DNA of 64,000 nt from Stegostoma tigrinum (Eukaryota). Shown here piece by piece: positions 1-12,379 of this stretch. Numbering within the stretch: position 1 is the stretch's first letter; each line of letters begins with the position of its first letter. The stretch covers positions 2,718,689 to 2,782,688 of the forward strand of contig NC_081369.1 of assembly GCF_030684315.1 (NCBI RefSeq), written 5' to 3'. The translations under genes and the position numbers were made by a program. The notes under the pieces are model-generated. The model was not told the DNA's origin, made no database searches, and saw nothing but the letters and a program-made list of their open reading frames with translations.

Positions 1-925
1 AGCTTGGTGGATGGTTCCTGTCCCTTATCATTAAGGTATACAATATCAGTGTTGGAATCAAACATATGGTTTAGGCCAATTTCACAGATGATTGCTCGAT
101 GTTTCAATGATAGGGAATATATAAGGGACATACCAGGCCTTCTGGCTATTGTTCCTAATGGGTCTCATTGTTGTTATCCAGCCATGTGCCATAAAACACA
201 GATGCCTGAAACAGATGAGGTCGGGTGATAAACTGGCATCATGTTTGCTGCTGTATTAAATTAAAAAATACAAAGAATAGGCTTTCTGTACTGTGACATT
301 GCAATAACTCTTTACCAAAGCATTTAGAAGCATTAAGTTCATAATGGTGAGGTGAAATAATTCTTTCCAAGACAACAAATGTCCGGATTTCAATACATTG
401 GTCACTTCATGTCCTTGTGCTAAACTGTATAGTGGGAGCAGCTTACAATGCATTCGGTTAGCTTGGGCACTCGGATTTATCTGGGTATGATACATTTCCT
501 AAACGATGCTACTAGTAAACTTCCAACCCATGTCAGTCAAAAAACAACTGGCTAAATCTCTATGGGCTAATGATTTCGTCCACATAACAAGTAGTTTAAT
601 AGCTTCCTTGGTTGGTGGCCCAGCTACAACAATTTTATATTGTAGAGTTTCAATACCCATGGAAGTTAACCAATGTATTCCTACCTCTGCTCAGCCAAGA
701 ATAGTGAGGAGTGCATCTCTCTTGCCTTTCCTTTGTTACGTTAATGGTCTGTATTCAGAGCGACAGTGGGCAGTTAAATTATTTCCAATCGTTATCCCCA
801 CTGTCACAGTAAAAACAATATTCGGTTTGAACACTGGAGTACAAATGTTATAAAACTACCAAAAATGGGGTAACTCTGTGGCATTTAATGGGCCTGGATT
901 AAAGATCAACCATAATCATCCCCAA

Positions 926-1384
926 TATTTCTTGGGGAAATGTTTGAAAGAAAATTTCTGAAGAAGGGTCTCGGCCTGAAGATGTGTGTGATTCAGTATA
1001 TAGCTAATTTATTGGACTGAAATACTTAATGCAATGCATGAATTAATAATTAATAATATGATTTAATGTGTGAGTTATAATCTATGCATATATGCATGAA
1101 GGCGAAATGGTTAGGTTAAACTGCAGAGATATACATTAAACATGTGAGTTTCACACTGCCTTTCCTCTCCTTGGGGACTTTGGCAATGGCAGTACTTGGA
1201 GGTCTATCTCGAATACCACGGCACCTGTCTCAAGCCCAGTAGCTTCAGTCCAATGAATGGGGCAAAGTGCCCAACATTATTACCATTCTAAACCTGAAGG
1301 GCCTCAGCCTCCCTGCTCCTCTGATGCTGCTTGGCCTGCACCGTGTTATTTCAGATTCTCCAACATCTGCAGTTCCTACTATCT
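926..1384. mobile_element. Penelope-derived mini-element inserted in pol, itself interrupted by an LTR-derived copy
   Basis: 15-bp TSD CATAATCATCCCCAA at 911-925 and 1385-1399. The equivalent pol sequence near 30018-30035 is uninterrupted. The ctgaagaagggtc...gatgctgcttggcctg...catctgcagttcc family signature is present. Confidence 0.8.
977..1295 (+). repeat. 319-bp near-identical copy of 2304-2622 (internal LTR segment)
   Basis: Direct comparison shows two substitutions. Flanked by CCTGAAG at 975-981 and 1293-1299. Confidence 0.92.
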
Positions 1385-1668
1385 CATAATCATCCCCAAG
1401 TTGGTTTGTGTCCCATTATCTCTGCTGCATTTTGACTCATCTGCTTAGCACCCAGCATATGAGCCACTACCAGGCAACATCACGCTCAGGAGCTGTGTCC
1501 CAAAGTCATAGTAAGAAACCAGTGCAGTGATGAGGTGTAATTGAGTTGTAAGGGATGTGCATCTTCAATAACCCAATGTCATCATAAAGTTTTGGGCCAT
1601 TTCTTTCGCAGTCCAGGTTTGCAGCTCACTGATTTTTTTTTTCCTCACTTTTTCAGGAATCACATGCT

Positions 1669-2099
1669 CTACCCAACCCATTGTATTCTCAGCAAAATAA
1701 CATTCTGGTTAGATTTCTGGGTTTTCTTAAGAATAAACTCTGAACCTCTATTCTGAAGCTGAGTCAAAGTTGCTATGTCAATGGCGAATGGGTCTTCTAA
1801 AGAGCCACATAGCAATATATCATCAATATAAAGGGCTGTTATATCACTGGAGAGAGAAAATATCTCCAGATCCTGGCTATTAAACCATGGCAGAGAGTTG
1901 GACTGTGCAAGTAGGCCCCTTGCAACCCACAAACTGTGTGCTCTCTGCCCTCCCATCTGGAAGGAAACTGATTCTGTGAATTCGCATCAAGGGCAATGGA
2001 GAAGAAAGCATGAGCGTGGTCGCGTACGGCATACAGTTCATCAGTTCCCAATGACACTAACTCCAGTAATGTTACAATATCTGGGAGAGCTGATGACAA
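1669..2099 (-). pseudogene. pol: Frameshifted retroviral reverse transcriptase fragment (ERV-L/S-like)
   Basis: LPDIVTLLE..YAVRDHAHAFFSIAL..SQNQF..WEGRE...YLHSPTLCHGLIAR and ITALYIDDILLCG, split over two frames. Confidence 0.85.
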
Positions 2100-2244
2100 T
2101 TCTGCTCCTAATCTCTTTACCAGCTACAGACAACCTAACACACTGAATTAATCATGAAAGGGCTGTCCGGAAACACTGAATGTTCCAACAGTCAAAGTGT
2201 CCTCTTCTTGAATATTTTGCTCAGATGCTGCTCGCAATGCCCAA

Positions 2245-3097
2245 TGCCTTTTTAGGCTGAAAGTCCCTAACTTGTTCTTGTAGGTCTGATCAAAATAATG
2301 ACATGAAGATGTGTGTGCTTCAGTATATAGCTAATTTATTGGACTGAAATACTTAATGCAATGCATGAATTAATAATTAATAATATGATTTAATGTGTGA
2401 GTTATAATGTATGCATATATGCATGAAGGCGAAATGGTTAGGTTAAACTGCAGAGATATACATTAAACATGTGAGTTTCACACTGCCTTTCCTCTCCTTG
2501 GGGACTTTGGCAATGGCAGTACTTGGAGGTCTATCTCGAATACCACGGCACCTGTCTCAAGCCCAGTAGCTTCAGTCCAATGAATGGGGCAAAGTGCCCA
2601 ACATTATTACCATTCTAAACCTAATGTTAAATGCTGTTTTTCTATGTTGTCATGTTTTCAATGGTTTTCCAGGCATTTTGCTGTGCAAGAACAAGTTATA
2701 AAATTGAGGTGCCAGTGTTGGAATAGGGTGGAGACAAAGTCAGAAGTCACACATACCAGGTTATAGTCCAAAAGGTTTGTTTGAAATAACAAACTTTGTG
2801 AAGGATGCTCCTTCCTCAGATCATTTTCACCTGATGAAGGTGCAGCTGCTGGAAAGCTTGTGACTCCACAAACCCTGTCGAACAATAACCTAGTGTCCTG
2901 TGACTTCTGGCAGAAACAAAAACACTTTCATAGTAGCTCCTTTTTTAACTGAATAATGCAGTTTCCCTCCTCGACAAAACAAGCTGTTTTGCCATAATCT
3001 TGTGATTTCCACTTGTCCTCAACTGCACATTTTCAAGTCCAATTAACCCTTATGGCTTAGCTTTAAGGTCTGTTCTGGAGATGTTTTAAGCCTCACA
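2245..3097 (-). repeat. 5' LTR of ERV copy A (contains a palindromic Penelope-derived insert at about 2738-2911)
   Basis: Aligns by eye with 28571-29223 and 32993-33826, sharing the cacactgcctttc..ggggactttggc.atg, tccaatga.tggg and ccaattaacc blocks. Confidence 0.75.
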
Positions 3098-3680
3098 CTT
3101 ATGGTAGTATGGCAACCAGAGCTGCACACAGTGGCCAGCTGTGGCCTTACCCAAGTCCTGTACAGCTCCAACCTATCCACCTTGCCCTTATAAATCTACA
3201 CTATTACTACTGAGAAAATATTTTCTGTATGTCTTCTTAATGACTCTGTTGAACTGCCCTGCGAACGTATGAATGTGTGGACAGAGCCCCAAACTTTTCC
3301 TGTTCCTTTGAGCTTCCTCATGTCATGCTCTTCAGTGACTGTCCCTGTCTTGTTACTTCTTCCAAAGTTTACTGATATCTTTGCATATTTTCAGAGTTAC
3401 ACTTAAGGTCTGTTCAAAATCTTTCCCTTCTCACCTTAAACCAAATCCCTCCAGTTTAGGACTCCCACAAACTGGAAAAAATACCTTAACTATTTACACT
3501 ATCCAGAGCCCTCATGTTTTTAAAAACCTCTCGAAAGTCACCTCTCAGTCTCTAAGGTTTCAGAGAAAATAGCCCCAGCCTATTCAGCCTCTCTCTGTCA
3601 CTTGAACCATCTAACCCTGGCAACATCCTTGCATATCTTTTCCGAATGCTTCCAAGTTTAGCAACATCTTTCCAAGCGCA
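3098..3680 (-). mobile_element. CR1 LINE 3' fragments
   Basis: accagagctgcacacag..gctgtggcct and cagcctattcagcctct..ccctggcaacatccttg are typical reverse-complement CR1 ORF2 3' blocks. Confidence 0.7.
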
Positions 3681-4212
3681 AGGACACTAGTGTTTTTATG
3701 GCAAACACAATTCCAAGTTTTTGTTGAATTCAAATTTCACCAATGGACTCGCGGCATTTAAATCCAAGAGCCAAGGGCTTGGCGTTGCCTCTTGTTAGTC
3801 CAATGAACTATGAATATGCAAGTACCTCCCCTCAACAGTTAGATTGGTTGCACATGGAGAAAGATTTTCTTTAAACATGTGTCAATTAATTTGTGTTCCA
3901 AAGTGAATCTCAGAGAACGCCATCCTGTTATAACTGGAATCTGATCTGAACTATTTTTAATTGAATCCTGCCAATGTTGGATGTCTTAATTATCTTTTTT
4001 GCTTCATCTGCTTTTATTTTCCCAAATCTTTATGATTTGAATCCAACCGCATCAAGGAAAACTGAGAGGAAAAATTGACATGTGAGATTTTCATGTCCAG
4101 TATTAGAATATTAGCAAGGCAGTTTAGTGGGAATCAAAGTATGCAATATTTAAATTTATATGTCTCTGATTTCCAATACAATTTCCAATTTTAATTGGAT
4201 GTCATTGAATAG

Positions 4213-4326
4213 ATTTTGCCACTAAAATCAGTGTGGCTATTGTTGCTGTATGTGCCACTGGAGCACTTGCAATTCTATTATGCACGGTGATGATTATGAA
4301 GTGTCTTCCATTCATTATATCTAATA
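4213..4326 (+). pseudogene. TM exon (a) of upstream receptor paralogue copy 0: (D)FATKISVAIVAVCATGALAILLCTVMIMKCLPFIISN
   Basis: 114 nt, phase 1/1, AG acceptor, donor reads GC. Codon-for-codon homologous to the TM exon at 34132-34245 and in the same position downstream of the shared ERV/CR1. Confidence 0.8.
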
Positions 4327-5655
4327 GCATGAATAATGATATGCATACTAAATGAAATAACTTGTATACAAGCATTGATTAAGCAACTTGAAGAACATTC
4401 ACATAATTGGGTAATGAAATTTGACTTGTCCAGTTAAATTAAATAAATGATGTAAAACTATTACATTTGTGTGCCTTCAACACGAACATTACATGATCAG
4501 ATTCATAGCTTTAGTATGCAAAAGCCTATCTTTTCAGATCTGAAGATAGTCCAGTGAATTTCACTGAAGAAATAATATTTTCACAGCTTCAACACAAACT
4601 AAATAATTGCACCTGTGTTCAACATTTTGAGTTACATCCTGAATCCAGTCAACATATTATACCTGTGTCTATGTGAATGGCATGATAAATTGCCATCTTA
4701 CTGACGAATGCAAGCATCACACCTTTATTGTCGCTAGATTCAAAGGATAAAGCAAGAAATTCTACTCAACACAAAGATGAGGTAAGGCCTTCAGACATCA
4801 ACTTTGCTTCAAAATTCATCTGAATGATCCAGAGACTGCAATCAAAAATATCTATGATAACCTATCTGGACGGAAGTTAAAAAGTTTTTTTGTCATGACA
4901 AAAGTACAAACTAAATTTTCATATCAACATAACATACAGGAAGAAGTGATTGACAGTATCAGACACTTACAAGTATCATACTTGTCAAGAAAAATTCACG
5001 TTTCAAAATTCTCTTAAAAGAACATTGTTAATTATTATTTGTTACATGTTGCTAGATGGACATAGTTGTCTATCTATTCCTCGACAAAACTGCTCCAAAT
5101 AAGTATACCTAACACACTCTGAAAGTCATTCTTCACAGCTTTAGTGCTTGTTAGTTTGTCAAACCTATGTCTTGATTGAACCCTTGAACCCAGCCATGAT
5201 TGTTGCAAAGCTTATGTACTGCACTTTACTGATCATTTTACTTTGTCTTTACTTCTCATTACTACTAGTGTCTGTGGCTTATAAACTACAGCAAATGTTT
5301 CATCCTGCTTGCTGCTTCTTCGCTCCACTATAGAAGATTTTTATTTTAAATTCTGACCTGTAATCCTAAGATACAGATCCCATACATTTCATTGATCTAA
5401 TAATAACATATCTTTTTTTTTCTTTTGTCTATCCTAAATATCATTGAAAAATAAGTCCTCCTGATTATCCTGCAGTGACAATTTTGTAATGTCAGTTGCA
5501 TCATAGCCAAAAATCTCTATTTATTTGCTTTTAATCATTTATCTTGCATCAGTGTTACAAGCAGTTTAGTGGGAATCAAAGCATGCAGTATTTAAATTTA
5601 TATGTCTCTGATTTCCAATACAATTTCCAATTTTAATTGGATGTTCGTTGAACAG

Positions 5656-5769
5656 ATTTTGCCTCTAAAATCCGTGTTGCTATTGTTGCTAGATGTGCCA
5701 CTGGAGCACTTGCAATTCTATTATGCACGGTGATGATTATGAAGTGTCTTCCATTCATTATATCTAATG
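5656..5769 (+). pseudogene. Duplicated TM exon (b) of copy 0: (D)FASKIRVAIVARCATGALAILLCTVMIMKCLPFIISN
   Basis: Lies within a ~220-bp duplication (4119-4337 vs 5561-5780, about 11 differences by manual count). AG acceptor, GC donor. Confidence 0.8.
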
Positions 5770-6751
5770 GCATGAATAATTACACTGCCCTTGAAATTGT
5801 ATTATTTAACACGATTTTCAAATTTTGCTCATGCTTATCTTCATTTCCCCTGCTCCTGTCAAGTTCTCACTCCACATTTCAATGACTCAGGTGTAGACTT
5901 GCAGATCTCAGGGGAATGAAGAATTGCTAATGTTAAAGTAATATTGCATAAAAAGTCTGAGAGCATATATGTAAAACAAATTTAATATGTTCTTTGAATG
6001 AAAGGGTCAAAATTGGTGAACTGTTAAATTATTTCATTACTCGCTATGTGGCCAGGATCCCAATGGATCTATTGCCTCATATTTATATGTTAACAAAACA
6101 TATTTAGATAGAAATTATCACTTTGCTGGAAAACTTTGTGCAGTCATTTCGTGCAACTGAAAGATTCAGTGGAATTGGATTGCATGTTTATCCTCACTAA
6201 AAAGAAACCTTCACTGTTCTATTTATTATCATTCAAACTTTAATATTTAAATAATTATGGAGATCTAATTATTTCATTTCTGTTTAACTTAGCAATAAAT
6301 GTTCGCTTCTCTCAGTATAATTAACATATTAATTTAAGCATAGAGCAAAAAATATGAGGGATGCCAGTTTGAAGCTAATTAATGTACCAGACAACCAACT
6401 ATAAGGTAGAGCTTTAGTTATTGCACACAGTTTGAATTGTACTTTTATTTCTGAATGAAGAGGCATGTATTTAAGTAACACAATTCAACTTTGTAAAAGA
6501 AATTCAGATCAATTCCATCGAAAGCTAAAACAAAATGTTCACAGTATCTGCAACTTGTAACAGGATGTAATGTTGAATGACTTCTGTATGAATGTTAAAA
6601 ATGGAAAATGTTGAATTAATACAATCATTTTGTGCGCCGGAAACTGAATTTTGCAGGGTTCCTCTTCTATTTTTTTTTGATGTTCTCAACCATAAATTTT
6701 CCCAGTTTGCAACCAACGTTACATCAGCCTTGGTCAGCTCCAAGCTACAAG

Positions 6752-7192
6752 GTCAGAAATGACACAACACCAGGTGAAAGTGCAACAAGTTTCTTTGAAA
6801 ACACACGCTTTCAGAGCCTCAGTCCTTCTTCAGGTGTAGTGAGAGAGGTAGTATGTGACACAGAATTTATAAGCAAAAGATCACAGGGTCACCCCACTGA
6901 TCAGGATGTATTAAACAAACCTGAGGTGCTGTGAAATTTTCAATTCATTGGAAGGTTTTAATTGATAAAGATGTGTGTGTGAATCCCCAAATTCCTTTCA
7001 AGTCACTGTCCTCAGAGAACTAAACGTTTTGTTAGTGTAAAGCAAAGGTGACATTTTAGGACAGACAATGTGTGTTAGGTGTGAGGCCTTGTTTACAATC
7101 GGTTTGCATTTTGGTTTGGGGTCAGACTGGTTTTATTTCTAAAATAGGAATTTGTAAAATGCCCCATTGACTGACTGTCTATAAATTGATAA

Positions 7193-7271
<79 letters not shown>

Positions 7272-7432
7272 ACTTGGGAGAGACAGAGAGAGTGAATATT
7301 TGCAGATACCTGAAGAAAGGCTGAAGCTCTGAAAGCTTGTGTTTGCAAATAAACCTTTTGGACTATAACCTGGTGTCGTGGGGCTTCTGACCTTGTCCAC
7401 TCAATTCCAACATCGGCACCTTCACATCATCA
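6752..7432. mobile_element. Penelope-derived element with inverted ends, containing a (TG)n tract
   Basis: acaacaccagg..gctttcagagc..ttcttcagg at the left is the inverse of cctgaagaa..gctctgaaagc..cctggtgtcgtg at the right. Confidence 0.55.
7195..7270 (+). repeat. (TG)38 microsatellite
   Basis: Perfect dinucleotide run. Confidence 0.97.
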
Positions 7433-7440
7433 GCAAATAA

Positions 7441-8402
7441 TAACAAAGTGTGGAGCTGGATGAACGCAGCAGGCCAAGCAGCATTTCAAGAGCACAAAAG
7501 CTGATTTTTTGGGCCTAGATGCTTCATCAGAAAAGGGGGATGGGGAGAGGATTCTGAAATAAATAGGGAGAGAGGTGAGGTGGACCGAAGATGCATAGAG
7601 GAGAAGATAGGTGGAGAGGAGAGTATGGGTTGGGAGGTAGGGAGGGGATAGGTCAGTCCAGGGAGGACAGACAGGTCAAGGGGGCGGGATGAGGTAAGTA
7701 GGTAAGAAATTGAGGTGCAGCTTGAGGTGGGAGGAGGGGATAGATGAGAGAAAGAACAGGCTAGGCAGACGGGGATGAGCTGGGCTAGTTTTGGGATGCA
7801 GTGGGGGGAGGGGAGATTTTGAAGCTGGTGAAATCTACAGTGATACCATTGTGCTGCAGAGTTCCCAAGCAGAATATGAGTTGTTGTTCCCGCAACCTAC
7901 GGGTGGCATCATTATGGCACTTCAGGAGGCCCAGGAAGGATATGTCGTCTGAGGAATGGGAGGGGGAGTTGAAATGGTTTGCAACTGGGAGGTGCAGTTG
8001 TTTGTTGTGAACCAAGCAGAGGTCCTCTGCAAAGTGGTCCCCAAGGCTCCGCTTGGTTTCCCCAATGTAGAGGAAGCCACACCGGGTACAGCAGATGCAG
8101 TATACCACATTGGCGGATGTGCAGGTGAATATCTGCTTGATGTGTAAAGTCATCGAGGGACCTGCAGCCCAATGGTATCCATGTGAATTTCACCAGCTTC
8201 AAAATCTCCTCTCCCCCGACTGCATCCCAAAGCCAGCCCAGCTCATCCCCGCCTGCCTAACCTATTCTTCCTCTCACCTTTCCCCTCCTCCCACCTCATG
8301 CCGCACCTCCATTTCGTACCTACTAAGCTCAACCTGCCCCCTTGACTTGTCCGTCCTCCCCGGACTGACATATCCCCTCCCTACCTCCCCACCCATACTC
8401 TC
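7441..8402 (-). mobile_element. Penelope-like element 3' part (GIY-YIG endonuclease) with an inverted duplicate of its 3' end at 8159-8402
   Basis: ORF 7785-8153: FTCTSANVVYCICCTRCGFLYIGETKRSLGDHFAE..PVANHFNSPSHS. Segment 8159-8402 is the reverse complement of about 7620-7870. Confidence 0.9.
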
Positions 8403-9355
8403 CTTAGGGTGGTATCATTGGCCCAACCATCTTCAGCTGCTTCATCAATGACCTTCTCTCCATCATACAACCAATAGTGGGGACAGTAGACATTTATTGC
8501 AAAGTGTTCAGAAACATTTCATGTCCAAATGCAACAAATCTGGACAATAACCAGGTTTGAGCCGACCAGTGTTGATTGTGCGACACAAATGCCAAGCACC
8601 GACTATTTCCACTTAGAGAAAATCTAAAAATCACTCTTTCACACTCAAAGACATTATCATCACTGAACCCTCCCCCAGCCCCCGTACAAACATCATCGAA
8701 GTTACTGTTGACAGAAACTCAGCTGGATTTGCCACATCAACACAATTGCTCTAAAGGCAGTTAGAAGCTTGGAATACTATGATGAGTAACTCACCCCTTG
8801 TCTGCCCAAAGTTTGTCCACCATGTACAAGGCACAAGTCTGAAGTTTGATGGAATAATCCCCAGTTGCTTGGAAAGATGTAGCACCAAATACACTCAAGA
8901 AGCTTTACACCATCCAAGACAAAGAATCCATTTGATTGACGTCACATCCCCAAATATCCATTCTCTCTATCACAAGCACACAGTGGTAGCAGTGTGCACT
9001 ATCGACACGATGTAGTGCAGAAAATCACCAAAGATCCTCAGACTGCATCTCCTAAATCCATGACCGCTTTCACCCTGAAGGATACGGGCAACAGATATTT
9101 GAGGACACCACCAACTACTCGTTCCCCTCCAAGCCAATCACCATCCTGACTGGGAAGTATATCAACATTCCTTCACAGTCGTTGAACCAAGATCCTGGAT
9201 TTCCCTCACCGAAGGTATTTTGGGTCTGCCTACAGCACAGGGACTGCAGTGGTCAAGAAGACAACTGACCAACGCCTGCTGAAGAGCACCTACAGCACAA
9301 CAATAAATGCTGGCTAGCCAGCAGTGCCCACATCCCACGAATGAATAAATAAAAA
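8403..9355 (+). mobile_element. Decayed LINE 3' end (CR1/L2-superfamily, second family)
   Basis: Degenerate RT C-terminus and 3' end caataaatgctggctagccagcagtgcccacatcccacgaatgaataaa. Homologous to 10430-12370 and 58415-59225. Confidence 0.7.
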
Positions 9356-9915
9356 TGTTATTAGAATAGTTAGGTGGAGATTTTTGACTAACACACATCT
9401 GATGGGCTGATGGGCCTTTTTTGTGCAATCCATCCTGATGAACCTATGACCCTGTGATTCTAAAAGTACAAACAAATTTGAAAACCCTGGATAATGAAAG
9501 CCATGAAGACCAAAACAGGCACGATTTATAATGTTTCAAAAAAGGAGTCAGTTCAGAACGATTAGGAAGTAACAAAGAATGAATAGGAAGTAATTAGGAA
9601 GCGTTAGAGGGATTTATTCCAAATTCCAGAGCCTAAACATTTTGGTTCGAATCTTGAATGTGATACTTGAAGCTGATATTCCCTCGGTATATTTCTGTGA
9701 ATAATCAAGAGAGAGAGAGGAATCACACTCTCATGACCAGGAATTGAAATAAGCAGTTAAGTCAAACCTATAGATGTGAGAGGGAAGAAAGTTATTTCTG
9801 ATGTTGCAGCATAGTTAAGTTATAGGTTTATATTTCTAATATGCATTTCTGCACTATTTAAAATGTGATACAATAGCTTGGAATTTTCTATTTTGGCTTC
9901 ATATAGAATAGGGTG

Positions 9916-10270
9916 ATCATAGAATCTGGACATTGTGGAAGCAGCCATATAACCCATTGAGTCTGCGCTGAGACCCTGAAGAACGTCCCATCCAGACTCG
10001 CCCCCTCACCCTATCCCTCTCACTCTGCATTACCACGGCTAATCCATCTATCTGCACATCCTTGGAAGCTATGGGCAATTCAGCATGGCCTAAGCTGCAT
10101 ATCTTTGGACTGTGGGAGGAAACGGGGTGGGCGGGGGGAGGGACCTGGAGGCAACTCATGCAGATGCAGGAAGAATGTACAAATTCCACACAGACAGATA
10201 CCCAAGGGTAGAATTGAGCTCAGGGCCCTAATTCTGTAAGGCAGCAGCGCAAAACACTGTGGCATCATGC
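9916..10270 (-). mobile_element. HE1-type tRNA-derived V-SINE
   Basis: Reverse complement of the V-domain core (tgtgtggaatttgtacattcttc..tttcctcccacagtccaaagatatgcag) and a CR1-like tail. Confidence 0.85.
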
Positions 10271-10429
10271 AACCCTTGTGTGCAATCTTGTGTGTAATAA
10301 TGTATTTTTTAATGTTTTTGATAAGATGACTTGGCATCATTGTGCACGTGTTTCACTGAAAGAATGCCTCATAAAAATAAAGCACAACATATTTTCTGTG
10401 AAAACTCTGTAATGGTGTGTGCCTGTCAC

Positions 10430-12370
10430 TGTTTGGACCAGCATGTATTGCCCATCCCTTATTGCCACTGAGATATTGAGCTGTTTTCTTGAACCATTGC
10501 AGTCTATGTGTTGTAAGCTAGCCCTCAATGTCATTAGGAAGGGGATTTGAAGAGTTTGACTCAATGTCAGTGACGGAATGGTAATATATTTCCATGTCAG
10601 GGTAGCAAGTGAATTGAAGACAACCTTTCAGCTTGTGGTGTTCCCACGTGTCTGATTGCATTATCCTTTGAGAGGGAAGTGGTTGTGTGTTTTGAAGGTG
10701 AAGTCTACGGAGTTCTAATGGATTTTTAACGTGCATCTTGTGGGTGAAACACACTGATGTTACTGAGCAGCAGTGCTGGAAGGAGGAAAAATTTTGGGTT
10801 GCCTAACAAACAGGTTGCTTTTGTTTCCAGCTTTTTGAGTGCGCTTGGAGCTGCATTCATCCAGGAAAGTGGGGTGCATTCCACTACACTCTTGACTTGT
10901 GCTATGTAGATGGTGAACAGTCTTTGGAATTTCGGGAGGTGAGTTACCTACTGTAGGATTCCCAACCTCTGAACTACTCTCATAGCAATTGTATTTAAAT
11001 GGATAGTCCAGTTCATTTTCTGGTCAATGGTAAACCCCAGGGTTTTGCTAGTAAGGCATTCAATGATGGAAATGGCATTGAAATGATTTGGGACAATGGT
11101 TAACTTGTTTCTGGCATTTGTGTGGTGCAAATGTTTCTCACTGTGTATTCTGTCACAGTGGATATTGTAGAATTTAGATAAACATTGCTTCAGTTCCTGG
11201 GCAGTGAATGGTCCTAACTGATGTGAAATCATGAATGAATGTCATCAATTCTCATTTTATGATAGATGGAAGATCATTAATGAAACAGGTGTAGAAGTTT
11301 GGGCCGAGGACATACTCTAAGGATCTCCTGCAGAAAGTCCTTGCTGGGGAATCACTGACATTTGACCACCACAACCATCCAACTTTCTGCCAATTTCTTT
11401 TGCGATCAATGGAGAGCCTGTCCCTGATTCACATTGATTCCATGTTTGTGAGGGGTTCTTGATGCCACTTTTGTCCAAATGTAGCCCTGATGTCAAAGGC
11501 TGTCTTTCTCGCCTCAGCTCTGCCATTCAGATCTTTTGCCCATGTATGAACCAATGCTATAATGCAGTCAGGAGCTGAGAGCACTCGCCAAACTGGGTAT
11601 CAGGTTATTGATTAGCAGGTGCAATTTGAGAAAATTGTTGTTCATACTTCCATGACTTTACTGATTTCTCAATGTATGCACAGGACAACGTGCATGTATG
11701 AAATGTGATGTATGAAATTACCTGGAAAAATTTCCATGTTGTCAGGTCGGTATTTGTAGCTATCCTAGAACAACTTGTCTAGGGATGTATCAATTCCTAT
11801 AGCACCTGTCTTCAGTGCTAACACTGGGATAGTGCTGGGGCCTATAACCTTTGCAGTACACACTGTTTCCAACTGTTTCTTGATATTACATGCAGTGAAT
11901 CAACTGGCTGAAGACTGGCATCTGTGCTGTGGTTCTGTGAAGGAGGCTGAGTTGGATCACCCACTAAGAACTTCTGACAAAGGTTGCAGCATGTCCTTCA
12001 GTTTTATTATTTGCACTGATGCACTGGGCTCTTTCATCATTGAGGATGAAGATACCTGTGGAGCCTCCTCCTCCTGCTGTGAGTTGCTTAATTGTTCACC
12101 ACCGTGCATGACTGGATGTAACAGGATTGCAGAGCTGAGATCTGATCCATTGTTTGACGGATCATTTCGCACAATCTGTCATTTGATGTATATATTGTTT
12201 AGCACTCATGCTGTCCTGTTTGATCGCCTTGCCTCATTTCTATGTGGGCCTGGTGCTGTTCCTGGTGTGCCCTCCTGTGTTCCCCACTGAACCAGGTTTA
12301 ATCCCCTTGTGTGATGGTAATGTTTGAATGACTTTGTGCTGGCCCGTGAGTTTGTAGACTGTGTTGAAGT
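10430..12370 (-). mobile_element. Decayed LINE ORF2 (CR1/L2-superfamily, second family)
   Basis: Remnant peptide LGFTIDQKMNWTIHLNTIAMRVVQRLGILQ and the family 3' end near 10430-10470. Confidence 0.7.
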
Positions 12371-12379
12371 ACAATTCAC

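Larger units (their letters stand above)
1..3097 (-). mobile_element. Class III endogenous retrovirus remnant, copy A (pol fragments, PBS region and 5' LTR; gag/pro deleted; runs off the window start)
   Basis: RT motifs on the minus strand. Colinear with the provirus at 28571-33826, with a homologous LTR followed by the same CR1 flank. Confidence 0.85.

Noticed and set aside
977-2622. 319-bp direct repeats as the paired LTRs of a young retroelement
   Set aside because: The repeat is only an internal part of a longer LTR, lacks TG..CA ends, and the left copy sits inside another insertion.
3914-4081. Hydrophobic stretch ILPMLDVLIIFFASSAFIF as a TM exon
   Set aside because: It has stops in all useful frames and no homology to the family TM exon, which is found at 4213.
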